Below, piece after piece: positions 48,513-58,137 of a stretch of 64,000 nucleotides of DNA. The notes under the pieces were generated by a model. It did no database searches. It was not told the DNA's origin and worked only from the letters and a program-made list of their open reading frames with translations. The DNA comes from an uncultured Bdellovibrionales bacterium (GTDB taxonomy: Bacteria > Patescibacteriota > Minisyncoccia > Moranbacterales > GWC2-37-73), in contig CAZSTB010000001.1 of assembly GCA_964609855.1 (NCBI GenBank), positions 27,854 through 91,853 on the forward strand, read 5' to 3'. The position numbers and the translations under genes were made by a program. Numbering within the stretch: position 1 is the first letter of the stretch; each line of letters starts with the position of its first letter.

Positions 48513-51500
48513 ATGAAATACAACATCGGAAAACTTATAAAAACAGAAAGAAAAAAGCATGGATGGGACCAGGCTGAATTGGTTCGTCGCCTGGGTGGGT
48601 CGATACGTCAGCAGGCTATCAGCGGTTGGGAGCGTGGTGCTTCTCGACCTACTCGCGAAACCATTCATCTTTTAAGTAGAGAATTTGAAATTGAAGAAAA
48701 AATCCTTTTAGAGAAAGCTGGGTACATAAGTGGAGTGGAAAGGATTCCCAGAAAACCAGTTAGACCACTGCTTACTACACTTCCAATTGCTGATCTTACT
48801 CCTTATCAATTCGAACAATTTTCAGCGGATTTAGCTTCTTATTTGAACCCGGAAAAAGGTGTTTCAATTGCTCGCTATGGGTCCACTGGCCATAAGCAGG
48901 AAGGTGCTGATATTATAGTTACAAAAAGCGGTCGCAAGAAAGCTATTTATCAATGCAAGAGAGTTAACCAATTTGGACCAGCCGCAATAAAAAAAGCAGT
49001 TGATGATACAAATCTCGTTGCAGAAAATTATTATTTGCTTCTTACGCGGGTAGCCACTCCTCAAGCTCGCGAGGAAATCCAAAAATATGAAAAATGGATA
49101 CTTTGGGATATTGAAGATATTTCACAACGAGTTCGTGAATTGCCAGTAGATAAAGCTCTTCGCTTAGTTGAAACATATTTCCCAGGTGGTTGGAGGGAAC
49201 AATTTCTTGGTATTGATGATTCCGGACCGTGGACTTCTGTTGAGGATTTTTATCGTCGTTTTAATGGTGACCAAATCTTTTCACATACATGGGGGCTGGT
49301 TGGTCAAGAAAAAATTATTGATGAAATCAAACTTTTTTATGCGGATGCTCAGCAAAAATTAGGTGTTATATCAGGGAGAGGAGGCAGCGGAAAGACTCGT
49401 CTTTTGCGCGAGTTAGCGAAAATAGCTCAAGAGGATTTTGAATACAATGTTCGTTTTTTAGGTAATGGTCAAAAACCAACTTTAAAAAATTATGAGTTAT
49501 TGCGGGATATTTCTAAACTTTTAATTATAGTAGATGATGCTCATGAGCGTTCAGATATTGCTCAAATCATTGATGGTATCCATGGAGCACAACCTGAAGC
49601 AAAAATTATTTTAGCACTACGTCCATATGGCTTTTCTCAACTATCTTCCGATTTGCGCCGTATAGGTGTGCATCCCTCTGAATTTCCAAGCTGGGAAATT
49701 CAGGAAATAAAATTTCAAGATGCAGAAAAATTAACAAAAGAAGTGCTAGGTGACAAGGCTGACTCTAGAATAGTTTCACGTATAGCTCATATGACAAAAG
49801 ATTGCCCATTGTTGACGGTTGTTGGTGCTGGCTTATTTAAGCGCGGTGAATTAGATGTTCTACAGTTGGAATCTGACGATCAAATAAAAGAAGAAATCTT
49901 ATCCAGATTTAGAGATACATTTATTGAAAGTTCAAGCCAAGGAGATTCAACCATATTAAATACCGTGCTAAATACCATTTCCGCGCTGCAACCTTTTCCG
50001 CTTAATGATCCTGATTTTCGCAAAACATTGGAAAAACTGTCCAATAAACATTGGGATGAGTTGATACCATATATTCGAAGATTAGAAGAAAAGGGAATTT
50101 TATTAAAAAGAGGTAATGTAGTCAGAATCGTTCCGGATTTATTAGGAGATGTTATATTAGCTGAAGCGTGTTTTGATAACAGTGGAAGTACCGGTTACAT
50201 AGAAAGGCTTTTTGCTGATTTGTCTGATATTCCTTTGCAGCATCTCATTATAAATACTGCCCGAGTTGACTGGCAGGTAAATACATCCAAGAGAGGACAA
50301 TCTCTTGTTGGATTTCTTTGGCCTAAAATTATTTCTGAATTTGAATCATCGGACTGGGGTGGTCGCTTAGTAATAATGAAGCTTTTGAAAAAAGTTGCTT
50401 TTTTTCAGCCAGAACAAACGCTATCTCTTGTAAATATAGCAATGACAGAAATTTCCGAAGATTCTGATGAAAAAACACGAGATGATATTTTTTCTTTGAA
50501 TAATGAGCATGTTATGCACGCTATTCCAGAAGTATTGAAACAAGTTGCTTATAATTTCGATTTTTTGAAAGAAGCTGCTGATTTACTTTGGGAGCTCGCC
50601 AGAAAAGATGATAGAAGAACAAATTCTTATCCAGATCATCCTATTCGTATTCTTCAGGATTTGGCTTCTTATTCACCATGGAAACCAGCTTATTTCAATG
50701 AGAAATTAGCAGATATTGCAATAAACTGGCTAAACGAAGAAAAAAAATCAATCCATTCTCCATTTGATATTCTTGAAACATTGCTTGCTACTGAAAGTTC
50801 AGAAACTTTATCTGAAGGACCTACGCTTACATTTAGGCCTTTTGCAGTAAGATTAGAGGCTGTACAGAAGATTAGAGATTCTATTTTGCAGGTGGCTTTT
50901 TTGCAGGCAAACACAAAAGAAATTGGAAAAGCAGCTCGAGCAGTGGATGCTATAAGTAAGGGAATAAGTTACCCCATGGGCATGTTTAATAGGATTCCTT
51001 CTGAGGCGGAGCGTTCTCATTGGACTCCTTATTTTGTAAAAACTATTTCAGAGCTTGGAGAGCTTGCAAGGATGCCAGAATTAGATCCTACTATTGCACT
51101 TGAAATACGCAAGGCTTTGCAATGGCACAGGATGTATTCTAAAACAGAAACAAAAAATGCTGCCCTGGAAGCGCTCAAAGGTATGCCAGAAGGAATTGAG
51201 CACCAAATGGCTTTAGCGCTCCACTCTGGCTGGGGAGATTTAGTTTTTGAAAGAATCCGTGATTTCAAATTAAGAGATGAGCGAAGAGAAGCTTGGTATG
51301 AGGAGTTAGCTGAAAATCTAGGTCGCACTTATTCTGATCAAGAAATTGCAGATCTGTTGGAAAGTCGTCTAAATGCACAAAAAGAAGTATCGGATAGTCA
51401 ATCGCATCCAGGTCCTTTCATGTGGGCGCTAGTAAAAGAAAACCCTTCTATTGGGGAAATTATCTGTGAGAAAGTTATGGAGAATAATGACTCAGTTTTT

Positions 51501-52616
51501 CTAGCTGTTCTTCCTATAGTGCTTTCGCAGATGATGGAAAATGATTCAGCGAAAAATATACTTGTAATCCGTAAGCTTGTTGCAACTGAAAATCTCTCTG
51601 TAATTCGTTCGGTCGTTCATGCTTTTGGATGGAATCGTGGTGGGCGAGACGAACTAAATGAGGAAGAATTTGATATTTTATGTGTATTGGCCAAACATTC
51701 AGATCAGCATATTCGAAGTTCTTTGATAAGAGTTGTTCATTATATTTCTTCTAAGCATCTTGATAAAGCAATAAAACTTGTTTCTCTTATTGAATTTGGA
51801 GATTCTTTACAGGTGGCAAGTGAAGTATTTTCCATTTTCGGAAAGCATGGCGTTATGAAGCTAGAGGACTTGGGTTCGGATGAAATTGAAAAAATATGGC
51901 AGCAATTAAAAATAGTTTCCTCCATTGATGATCATTCCATTATGGAGTTCCTATTCGAGGCATCAGAAAAAAATCCAGATAAAGTGTTAGAATTGCTCAA
52001 GGGACGGATTGAATATGGAGAAATGCATCCAGAAATTAAAGATTTTAATGAACTGCCGTTTCATTGGGATGGCAATTTTCGATTTCGTGAACATCCAAGC
52101 TTTAAACAGTTACTTAGAGAAATTCGTGATTGGATGGCCGAGAAGCCAGATTCTTGGGGGAGGATGATGGAAGGTGCAAAACTATTTCAAAATGTATCTG
52201 GAGAATTTGATGACATTGTTATTGGTGTACTTGAAGAAGTTTTATATTCTGGAACAGATGGTCAACTAGAAGCTGTCAGCTACATATTGCGTGAAGCGCC
52301 AAAAAATTTGATATTGGATAATCCTGCTTTTGTAGAAAGAGTGTTGGAGATAGCTAATAATCGAGGAGAGGAGAAGTTGAGAAACATCAGTTTCAGTCTT
52401 ATATCCGCTGTAGAGAATGGCGTAAGGAGTGGAACACTAGGAGAGCCTTTTCAGGCAGATGTTGAGCAAAAAGAAAAAGCATTAAGGATTGCGGAGTCCC
52501 TTGTCTCTGGTACTTTGGTGGAAAAATTTTACCGAACACTTGCAGAATCAGCCGAGAGAAACATGAATTGGCATGCCGAAAGTAATGAGAAAATGCAGGA
52601 CTCTCGCGAATGGTAA
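48513..52616 (+). CDS. Avs/bNACHT-like antiphage STAND NTPase: N-terminal HTH(XRE) + Mrr-like PD-(D/E)xK nuclease + P-loop STAND NTPase + about 900-aa helical repeat sensor region (about 1367 aa)
   Basis: HTH: IGKLIKTERKKHGWDQAELVRRLGGSIRQQAISGWERG. Mrr_cat-like: FEQFSADL...GADIIV...YQCKRV. Walker A GRGGSGKTRLL and Walker B LLIIVDDAHE. Long all-helical C-terminus. ORF track start 48477 is a TTG inside the -35 box; ATG 48513 preferred. Confidence 0.7.
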   Translation: MKYNIGKLIKTERKKHGWDQAELVRRLGGSIRQQAISGWERGASRPTRETIHLLSREFEIEEKILLEKAGYISGVERIPRKPVRPLLTTLPIADLTPYQFEQFSADLASYLNPEKGVSIARYGSTGHKQEGADIIVTKSGRKKAIYQCKRVNQFGPAAIKKAVDDTNLVAENYYLLLTRVATPQAREEIQKYEKWILWDIEDISQRVRELPVDKALRLVETYFPGGWREQFLGIDDSGPWTSVEDFYRRFNGDQIFSHTWGLVGQEKIIDEIKLFYADAQQKLGVISGRGGSGKTRLLRELAKIAQEDFEYNVRFLGNGQKPTLKNYELLRDISKLLIIVDDAHERSDIAQIIDGIHGAQPEAKIILALRPYGFSQLSSDLRRIGVHPSEFPSWEIQEIKFQDAEKLTKEVLGDKADSRIVSRIAHMTKDCPLLTVVGAGLFKRGELDVLQLESDDQIKEEILSRFRDTFIESSSQGDSTILNTVLNTISALQPFPLNDPDFRKTLEKLSNKHWDELIPYIRRLEEKGILLKRGNVVRIVPDLLGDVILAEACFDNSGSTGYIERLFADLSDIPLQHLIINTARVDWQVNTSKRGQSLVGFLWPKIISEFESSDWGGRLVIMKLLKKVAFFQPEQTLSLVNIAMTEISEDSDEKTRDDIFSLNNEHVMHAIPEVLKQVAYNFDFLKEAADLLWELARKDDRRTNSYPDHPIRILQDLASYSPWKPAYFNEKLADIAINWLNEEKKSIHSPFDILETLLATESSETLSEGPTLTFRPFAVRLEAVQKIRDSILQVAFLQANTKEIGKAARAVDAISKGISYPMGMFNRIPSEAERSHWTPYFVKTISELGELARMPELDPTIALEIRKALQWHRMYSKTETKNAALEALKGMPEGIEHQMALALHSGWGDLVFERIRDFKLRDERREAWYEELAENLGRTYSDQEIADLLESRLNAQKEVSDSQSHPGPFMWALVKENPSIGEIICEKVMENNDSVFLAVLPIVLSQMMENDSAKNILVIRKLVATENLSVIRSVVHAFGWNRGGRDELNEEEFDILCVLAKHSDQHIRSSLIRVVHYISSKHLDKAIKLVSLIEFGDSLQVASEVFSIFGKHGVMKLEDLGSDEIEKIWQQLKIVSSIDDHSIMEFLFEASEKNPDKVLELLKGRIEYGEMHPEIKDFNELPFHWDGNFRFREHPSFKQLLREIRDWMAEKPDSWGRMMEGAKLFQNVSGEFDDIVIGVLEEVLYSGTDGQLEAVSYILREAPKNLILDNPAFVERVLEIANNRGEEKLRNISFSLISAVENGVRSGTLGEPFQADVEQKEKALRIAESLVSGTLVEKFYRTLAESAERNMNWHAESNEKMQDSREW

Positions 52617-52649
52617 TAATCAATTTTTTAGAAGTTAAAAAAATATAAA

Positions 52650-53393
52650 ATGAATGGATACAAAATTTTAGCAATAGACGAAACTGGTAAAGCAAGTTTA
52701 ACGCATAAATCAAAAAATTTTATACTTTCAGGAATAATTATCCCGGAAAGCTTTAAGCCGCAGTTGAAAAAAATGATGTGCAAATTAAAAATAAAACATT
52801 TCAATGATGAAGATCTGGTGTTTCATTGTAGAGATATGCTTCGAAAAAAAGGACCATTTGCTTGTTTAAGAGGAGATAAAAATAAAGAAATGCTTTTTTG
52901 GTCTGATTTTATAAGTATCCTAAATTCAGATAAAATTTCGTTGGCCTTCGTTATTACTGATAAGGAAAATGCAAAAAAATTAAATTGGAATGAAATAGCG
53001 ATACTAAGAAAAGCTTATAAAAAGATGCTTGAGCAATTTGTTGTGCAACATTTAAACCATAAAACAAACGGAAAAATAATAGTCGAATCTGATTCATCGC
53101 AAGACAAATTTTTGATTGAAGCCAATGCGAGGTTGCAGAGTGCGGGCATTCCTTCGGAAGGAATTAGTGGTTCAGATTATCGTGCTAAAATTACGTCATT
53201 AAGTTTAGTTAATAAACTAAATTTCGATGACGATATACAAATAGCAGATAGCTTAGCACTGATGGCGGATACGGTTTATGAAATGAAGATTGGCCGTCAT
53301 TCAAGGCGTGTTAATAAAGTTCAGCTCATGATGAAAAGACTCATAGAAAGAAAAATGAAAAATAAATTAGGTATTTTTGAGATTCTTTCATAA
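52650..53393 (+). CDS. DUF3800-family protein (defense-island associated)
   Basis: N-terminal YKILAIDETGK...NFILSGIII resembles the DUF3800 (IyIDESG...FvlaGvi) motif. ESDSSQDKFLIEAN central motif. Confidence 0.45.
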   Translation: MNGYKILAIDETGKASLTHKSKNFILSGIIIPESFKPQLKKMMCKLKIKHFNDEDLVFHCRDMLRKKGPFACLRGDKNKEMLFWSDFISILNSDKISLAFVITDKENAKKLNWNEIAILRKAYKKMLEQFVVQHLNHKTNGKIIVESDSSQDKFLIEANARLQSAGIPSEGISGSDYRAKITSLSLVNKLNFDDDIQIADSLALMADTVYEMKIGRHSRRVNKVQLMMKRLIERKMKNKLGIFEILS

Positions 53394-53397
53394 CAAA

Positions 53398-53516
53398 AGA
53401 GTCGGCCATGGCTATCCGCGCTTTACCGACTCTTATATAATATACTACGCTTTTTTTGAAAAAAAATAACAAAAAAATCGGCCATGGCTATCCGCGCATA
53501 TACCGACTTCTTATAC
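53398..53516. repeat. two roughly 38-bp GC-rich direct repeats, each an internal hairpin (agagtcgg-N20-ccgactct), spaced 77 bp
   Basis: tcggccatggctatccgcgc identical at 53402-53421 and 53479-53498. Each copy is preceded by an A-run. Shares the ataccgact core with the 47145 element. Confidence 0.6.
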
Positions 53517-53661
53517 CTGATCCTACACCTTTTAGAAAAAAATGTCAAGTTTATAAAATTTGGCCTTAAAAAGGCAATTTCTTTGCGAAGAATGAATACT
53601 TTTTTAAAAATGTTTGTAAAATCGAAGTTAACTCCTCGAAAACTTGGAATTTCAATTTTGC

Positions 53662-53690
53662 TTGACATTTTTGCCAAAAAATGCTATCAT
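53662..53690 (+). promoter_or_regulatory. consensus sigma70 promoter TTGACA-17-TATCAT upstream of the high-GC two-gene cassette
   Basis: -35 at 53662-53667, -10 at 53685-53690. About 105 nt upstream of ATG 53796, which has a GGAGGAAG SD. Confidence 0.5.
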
Positions 53691-53795
53691 TTCTTGATTA
53701 TTTCATATAATCACCCCTGTCATTTTTACAACAGAATAATTGTGTTTTTTAGTTTTTTAACCGAAGTCAAATAACCCACAGAGGAGGAAGTCGCA

Positions 53796-55052
53796 ATGAA
53801 AAAGAGTCAGGTTAATGTTTTTGATAAAGGAACGCCGGATTACGTGATAGCTCACGCAGTCAGGCAGCAGAAAAGAGGACGTCGCCCTTCAATGGCCTTT
53901 CTTGGTGAAAGGAATCCGGAGAAGGCTTTGGCTCTAGCAAAACGTTTCAAGGGCTGCAACATGGTAGTTTCCCAGGATGGTGAAAAGCAATGGAAGGTTA
54001 CGTTTAACGGAGCCATCGCTGCACAGATCCACATGGACTACCAGAACCAGGCTGACAAGGTTGTTCTCATGAACGACGACAAGCGCTGCCAGCGGTTCGT
54101 CAAAGAGCTCGTCCTCTCGCATGCAGTACAGTTCGTTATGCAGCGGGGACCGATGCCGGCAGCACTTCTAAGGGTTGTTCCTGAACGCGCGCTGGAAGAA
54201 TATACCTGCGAAAACCTGATAAGCTTTGGCAAGATTCCCAGTAGTATTTTCGCGATGAGCGACAAAACCCTGGGCTCATATCTTTCCCAGTTCGTCACCG
54301 TTGTTGAAGGAAAGTATTCCAGCCCCGAACAAATGCTCACCTGCCTGTTGATGGAAATCTACGAGAAGAAAGGTATCCTTCTGGGTATCCGGGACGCTCA
54401 GTGGTCACGCATGGACGATGGTCATATCGTCGCTACGTTCGAAATAAAAAGCGAACAAACCTTCAAGGTGTGGAATGGTAACGACGCAAGCAACATGTTT
54501 CATTTCGTCGCACCTTACCACCCGTCGAGGAACGGCAAGAAAAGCGTCTGCCTGATCAACGGCAGCACCGATTATTACATCAGGGGAAGCGAGGCCGGAA
54601 TCAGAAGAGTGCTTTCTCCTGAAGAATCGAGACCTGTGAAGGAAGGATTGTTTCTTTCTTCTACCTGGTCAAAAATCAACCATCCGTTCTACGCCGAGGG
54701 TAAGACCTTGGGCATCGAGTTTTCGGCCGTGCTCTGCATGTCGAAAACCGGCTACCAGACGCTCTACGAGTTACTGCTTGCAGCAATGAATCAGGACAAT
54801 CTGTTTGTAGCGGTCAGTGGAGGGTTTGGCTCTCCTTACGATTATGCACAGAACGTCCTGAGTCGCAAAGGCATCCGTTCGCCTGCAGGCAAACAAGGGG
54901 CTCACGAAGTTCGTGGCTCCGAAGAGGACTGCGTCTGGGAACACGAGGTTCTCAAGTCGGAAGGCGTTCTGGACAAAAGTGTCGCTCCGGACTGGTTTTA
55001 CCACGAAGGGTGGCTCAAGATTTTCGAAGGAGAAGAAAAGAAGTTCAACTAA
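53796..55052 (+). CDS. hypothetical protein (418 aa) in about 50% GC cassette; no recognisable domain
   Basis: Strong SD (GAGGAGGAAGTCGCAATG). GC content far above the window average. Antisense ORFs in the same region are judged artefacts of the high GC. Confidence 0.6.
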   Translation: MKKSQVNVFDKGTPDYVIAHAVRQQKRGRRPSMAFLGERNPEKALALAKRFKGCNMVVSQDGEKQWKVTFNGAIAAQIHMDYQNQADKVVLMNDDKRCQRFVKELVLSHAVQFVMQRGPMPAALLRVVPERALEEYTCENLISFGKIPSSIFAMSDKTLGSYLSQFVTVVEGKYSSPEQMLTCLLMEIYEKKGILLGIRDAQWSRMDDGHIVATFEIKSEQTFKVWNGNDASNMFHFVAPYHPSRNGKKSVCLINGSTDYYIRGSEAGIRRVLSPEESRPVKEGLFLSSTWSKINHPFYAEGKTLGIEFSAVLCMSKTGYQTLYELLLAAMNQDNLFVAVSGGFGSPYDYAQNVLSRKGIRSPAGKQGAHEVRGSEEDCVWEHEVLKSEGVLDKSVAPDWFYHEGWLKIFEGEEKKFN

Positions 55053-55081
55053 ATATCAACTTCAAATGGAGGTATAGGAAC

Positions 55082-56074
55082 ATGACAAGCACACAGAAGG
55101 TTTTCGTCCCCGAAGAGCACTTCCGGGAAGTTCCCGACAGTTTTTCGGGAGAATCCAACATCGTTAGTGTCGAGTCCCGAGTTTGCTCCAACGGCATCAT
55201 CCTTGATAACCTCAAGGAAGTCGAGTGCGCACTCAGGATCCACAACGGGGAAATGCTTCTTACTCCGGTGTCTAGCACGTTTACCAATATGGATCTGATC
55301 GGCAATATGTTCAAGTCGGCCGGCCCCATGGGAGCAGGACTCGCAGCTATGGCCAGTCAAACGCTGATGAAAGGCAAGGACTTTGTCGGCACGATGATGG
55401 CGGAAGCGAGATGTAACCTTGCCACTACTGGCAAATACCATCGCAGTTACGACTACGACGCCATGGGAACGAATTTCCTGAAAACCTCGGTAACTGTTGC
55501 CAGGGTGGAAAGCAAGTTCGTTCTTAATATCAGTGGCTCCCGGGTCGAAACAGATCTGAGTGTACTCCTTGGGAAAAGGGTTGCACTTTCGAGCGCGGTT
55601 ATCTACGCAAATCTGAGTGTTGTCGACGAATGGTGGTATAATCTGAACCTGAAAAAGGTTCTCGGCGACATTGGCTATCTTGATCCCGATTTCGAGCCTA
55701 CCTGGCCGCAACTTGCGCAGGTTCTGGCCTCTGAAGGTCACCAATTCCGGTTACCGATTCTGAAGGATGGTGTTCCTCTCGATCTCTTGATCAGCGTGGA
55801 TTATTCCAGCTATCGGTACCCTTCGGAAGAAGACAAGCGGGCAAGTAAGGACCTGACCAGAGCAATCGGCAGTAACGTTGCCGGCGCCACCTGGAACGCC
55901 TATCGCCACCAACGCGAGGAAGCAACCAATGAAGACAGAAAGCTTCAGATAACTGTTGCACATCACGGCAGGGGCTATGGTTCCTCGCCGGTAATCGATC
56001 CCGCGTTCACTGATGCTTTGGCAACAGTGGCAAGGGAGATCGAAGAAAAGCTCATCAAGAAAGTAGTCGCTTAA
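55082..56074 (+). CDS. hypothetical protein (331 aa), second gene of the high-GC cassette
   Basis: ATG 55082 preceded by AAATGGAGGTATAGG SD (the ORF-track start 55010 overlaps the upstream gene). Followed by a strong terminator. Confidence 0.55.
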   Translation: MTSTQKVFVPEEHFREVPDSFSGESNIVSVESRVCSNGIILDNLKEVECALRIHNGEMLLTPVSSTFTNMDLIGNMFKSAGPMGAGLAAMASQTLMKGKDFVGTMMAEARCNLATTGKYHRSYDYDAMGTNFLKTSVTVARVESKFVLNISGSRVETDLSVLLGKRVALSSAVIYANLSVVDEWWYNLNLKKVLGDIGYLDPDFEPTWPQLAQVLASEGHQFRLPILKDGVPLDLLISVDYSSYRYPSEEDKRASKDLTRAIGSNVAGATWNAYRHQREEATNEDRKLQITVAHHGRGYGSSPVIDPAFTDALATVAREIEEKLIKKVVA

Positions 56075-56107
56075 TCTTACGTCGTTGAATCAACGAAGCA
56101 CCAATAA

Positions 56108-56144
56108 AAGACCCACAAGCATAATTGCGCTTGTGGGTCTTTTC
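56108..56144 (+). terminator. rho-independent terminator (agacccacaagc-ataattgc-gcttgtgggtct + ttt)
   Basis: 12-bp GC-rich stem after the cassette. Confidence 0.7.
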
Positions 56145-56412
56145 AATTTCTAATAACAGATTGAAGTCAATTCCCTTATTTGCCTTACTGCAATATCGGG
56201 ATCTGGAAACATCCTTTCCCATTCCAAAGTTCGGAACGTGCGTACCCAAGCGAGCAAGCTCAAAAAATACACCATTTATTGGTGTATTTTTGCTTTACCT
56301 TAACTATAATGGTAGTTCTGAAATAGCACTTTTCAATTCTTTGCTCTTAGTTATCTTGTATGAAAATATGATATACTATAATCAATGATAAATCTTAAAG
56401 GATAAGTATTAT

Positions 56413-56835
56413 ATGAAAATGAAGCCTTGGCAAATCAATTCGTTACTTATATTGGGATATGTTGGCATTGTGTATCTTATGCCAAAAGAATATAAGCAAA
56501 TAGTCGGATATGTAATTACTATCCCAAGTGCAATTTGGGTATTTTTTGATGCTAAAAAACTTGATATTAAAAAATACAAAGCTAGCAATATAGGAACTGC
56601 CTCACCATTCTGGGTTGCATTTTTCGTTGCCTTTTTTTGGATACTTGCAATGCCCATATACATTAGCTGGAGACAAAAAATTATTAATGGAAAATGTCCT
56701 TTAAAAGAAGAAATAGTGGCAAGTTCTCAAAAAAAATCTAAAAAATCCTGGACTTCGTTTTTTATTACATTATTAGCAGTAATTGTTGTGGTAGTTTCAG
56801 TTATATTTTATATAAATTATTACTATTCTAAATAA
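56413..56835 (+). CDS. small membrane protein (140 aa, 4 TM), hypothetical
   Basis: Hydrophobic helices. AT-rich (native-like) composition. Confidence 0.45.
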   Translation: MKMKPWQINSLLILGYVGIVYLMPKEYKQIVGYVITIPSAIWVFFDAKKLDIKKYKASNIGTASPFWVAFFVAFFWILAMPIYISWRQKIINGKCPLKEEIVASSQKKSKKSWTSFFITLLAVIVVVVSVIFYINYYYSK

Positions 56836-57014
56836 GCTGTTTGCATAAATAAAGGCAGTGATTGCATATCCAATTCAATCTTTGTTAGGTTTAAACTTCT
56901 GAACACATCAGCTATTGAGAGCACTTGACAAAAATATAGCATTATGCTATATTTTTTTGTTAGTTAAAAAATAGTAGTTCATATCATCACAGAATTATCA
57001 AGAGGAGGTTCGTC

Positions 57015-57299
57015 ATGGAACACAATTTTCCTGCAAATGCATTAGGCTTAAAACGAGGTTCCATCATAGTTAGCGCTCATCCGCAAGTTGAAGAACAGCT
57101 TGGGGTGAAAGTTGGAGATTCGCTGCCAATTGGCTTCGATGGCACCTATGTTTGCTGTGCTGGATTCACCTGGTCAATCGAACAACTTGTGAAGGAGATT
57201 AGATATGGGTTATGGACCATCAACAACAAATGCGTAGACTTATCTTCAGAAGAAGCTCGACATGAGTTCCGTTCAATTGTCGAGAGAACTGCAGAGTAA
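57015..57299 (+). CDS. hypothetical protein (94 aa)
   Basis: AGAGGAGG SD 6 nt upstream of ATG. Followed by terminator at 57354-57388. Confidence 0.45.
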   Translation: MEHNFPANALGLKRGSIIVSAHPQVEEQLGVKVGDSLPIGFDGTYVCCAGFTWSIEQLVKEIRYGLWTINNKCVDLSSEEARHEFRSIVERTAE

Positions 57300-57353
57300 G
57301 AAAAGGTAAAAAAATTTATAGAGCTGCATGGCATCGTCCATTAGAAAAGCTAA

Positions 57354-57388
57354 ATCCGCACGCTTAAGCAGGGTGCGGTTTTTTTTAT
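57354..57388 (+). terminator. rho-independent terminator (ccgcac-loop-gtgcgg + T9)
   Basis: Stem at 57356-57361/57373-57378 followed by tttttttt. Confidence 0.7.
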
Positions 57389-57625
57389 CCCAATTAAATT
57401 TAAATTCTTCAAATGCTTTTTGAAAGCTTACCCCACTCAATAGTTCTAAGTTTATTTATCAGAGGGCTCATAATAGGGAGGATGCTAACTTCGGCCTCTT
57501 TTTTCTGTCTATATCTAAATCTAATGTAAGCTGGACAAGATCTTTAAAATCTGCTACAATTGATGTATAGTAAAGACGGGTAATGCCGTCTTTTTATTTA
57601 TTTAAGTCAATGATAAACAAACAAA

Positions 57626-58135
57626 ATGGAAAACGAAACAGTAGTAGCAAGCGAACTGAGTAATCAACCTGTCCAAAGCCAAAGTCCAGTTGTTGTGGAA
57701 AAGAAGCACGACTTGGCATGGGTTATTGTGCATATTTGGGTTAAGGGTTTAATTGTTTCTTTTCCTGCATCTATCATTTTGATGATAATTTCAGGAATTG
57801 TGGTGGTAAGTATGGGATTTGATATGACAGTACTTGCACAGAGAGCGGCAACCGACCCAGAATTTGCGAAACAATTCACAATGATAAATCAATTATTTGG
57901 CTTTATTTTAATTCCCGTATCTTATTTTGGTCTTAAATGGGGTTGCAAAACAGCACTTCAAAAAACATCTATTGATGAAAAAGATTTTGGAAAAATTGGT
58001 TATTGGGTTGGTATTATCCCGATACTGTTTTCAATTCTGAACAGAGATTTAATGCTCGCTGCTTTGATATTTGGTATTTTCCTAACACCAAAACTCGTTA
58101 AAAAATGGCTTACACAATTTAACCAAGTAGCATAA
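57626..58135 (+). CDS. membrane protein (169 aa), hypothetical
   Basis: Four predicted TM helices. Confidence 0.45.
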   Translation: MENETVVASELSNQPVQSQSPVVVEKKHDLAWVIVHIWVKGLIVSFPASIILMIISGIVVVSMGFDMTVLAQRAATDPEFAKQFTMINQLFGFILIPVSYFGLKWGCKTALQKTSIDEKDFGKIGYWVGIIPILFSILNRDLMLAALIFGIFLTPKLVKKWLTQFNQVA

Positions 58136-58137
58136 TT

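Noticed and set aside
53398-53516. Possible CRISPR array
   Set aside because: Only two repeat copies, they differ at several positions, and there are no cas genes. Interpreted as paired hairpin repeats instead.
55049-55744. 231-aa minus-strand ORF (and 55751..55966, 54038..54340, 53852..54122) inside the high-GC cassette
   Set aside because: Antisense to the two strong-SD plus-strand genes. Long spurious ORFs are expected at about 50% GC, and there is no RBS.
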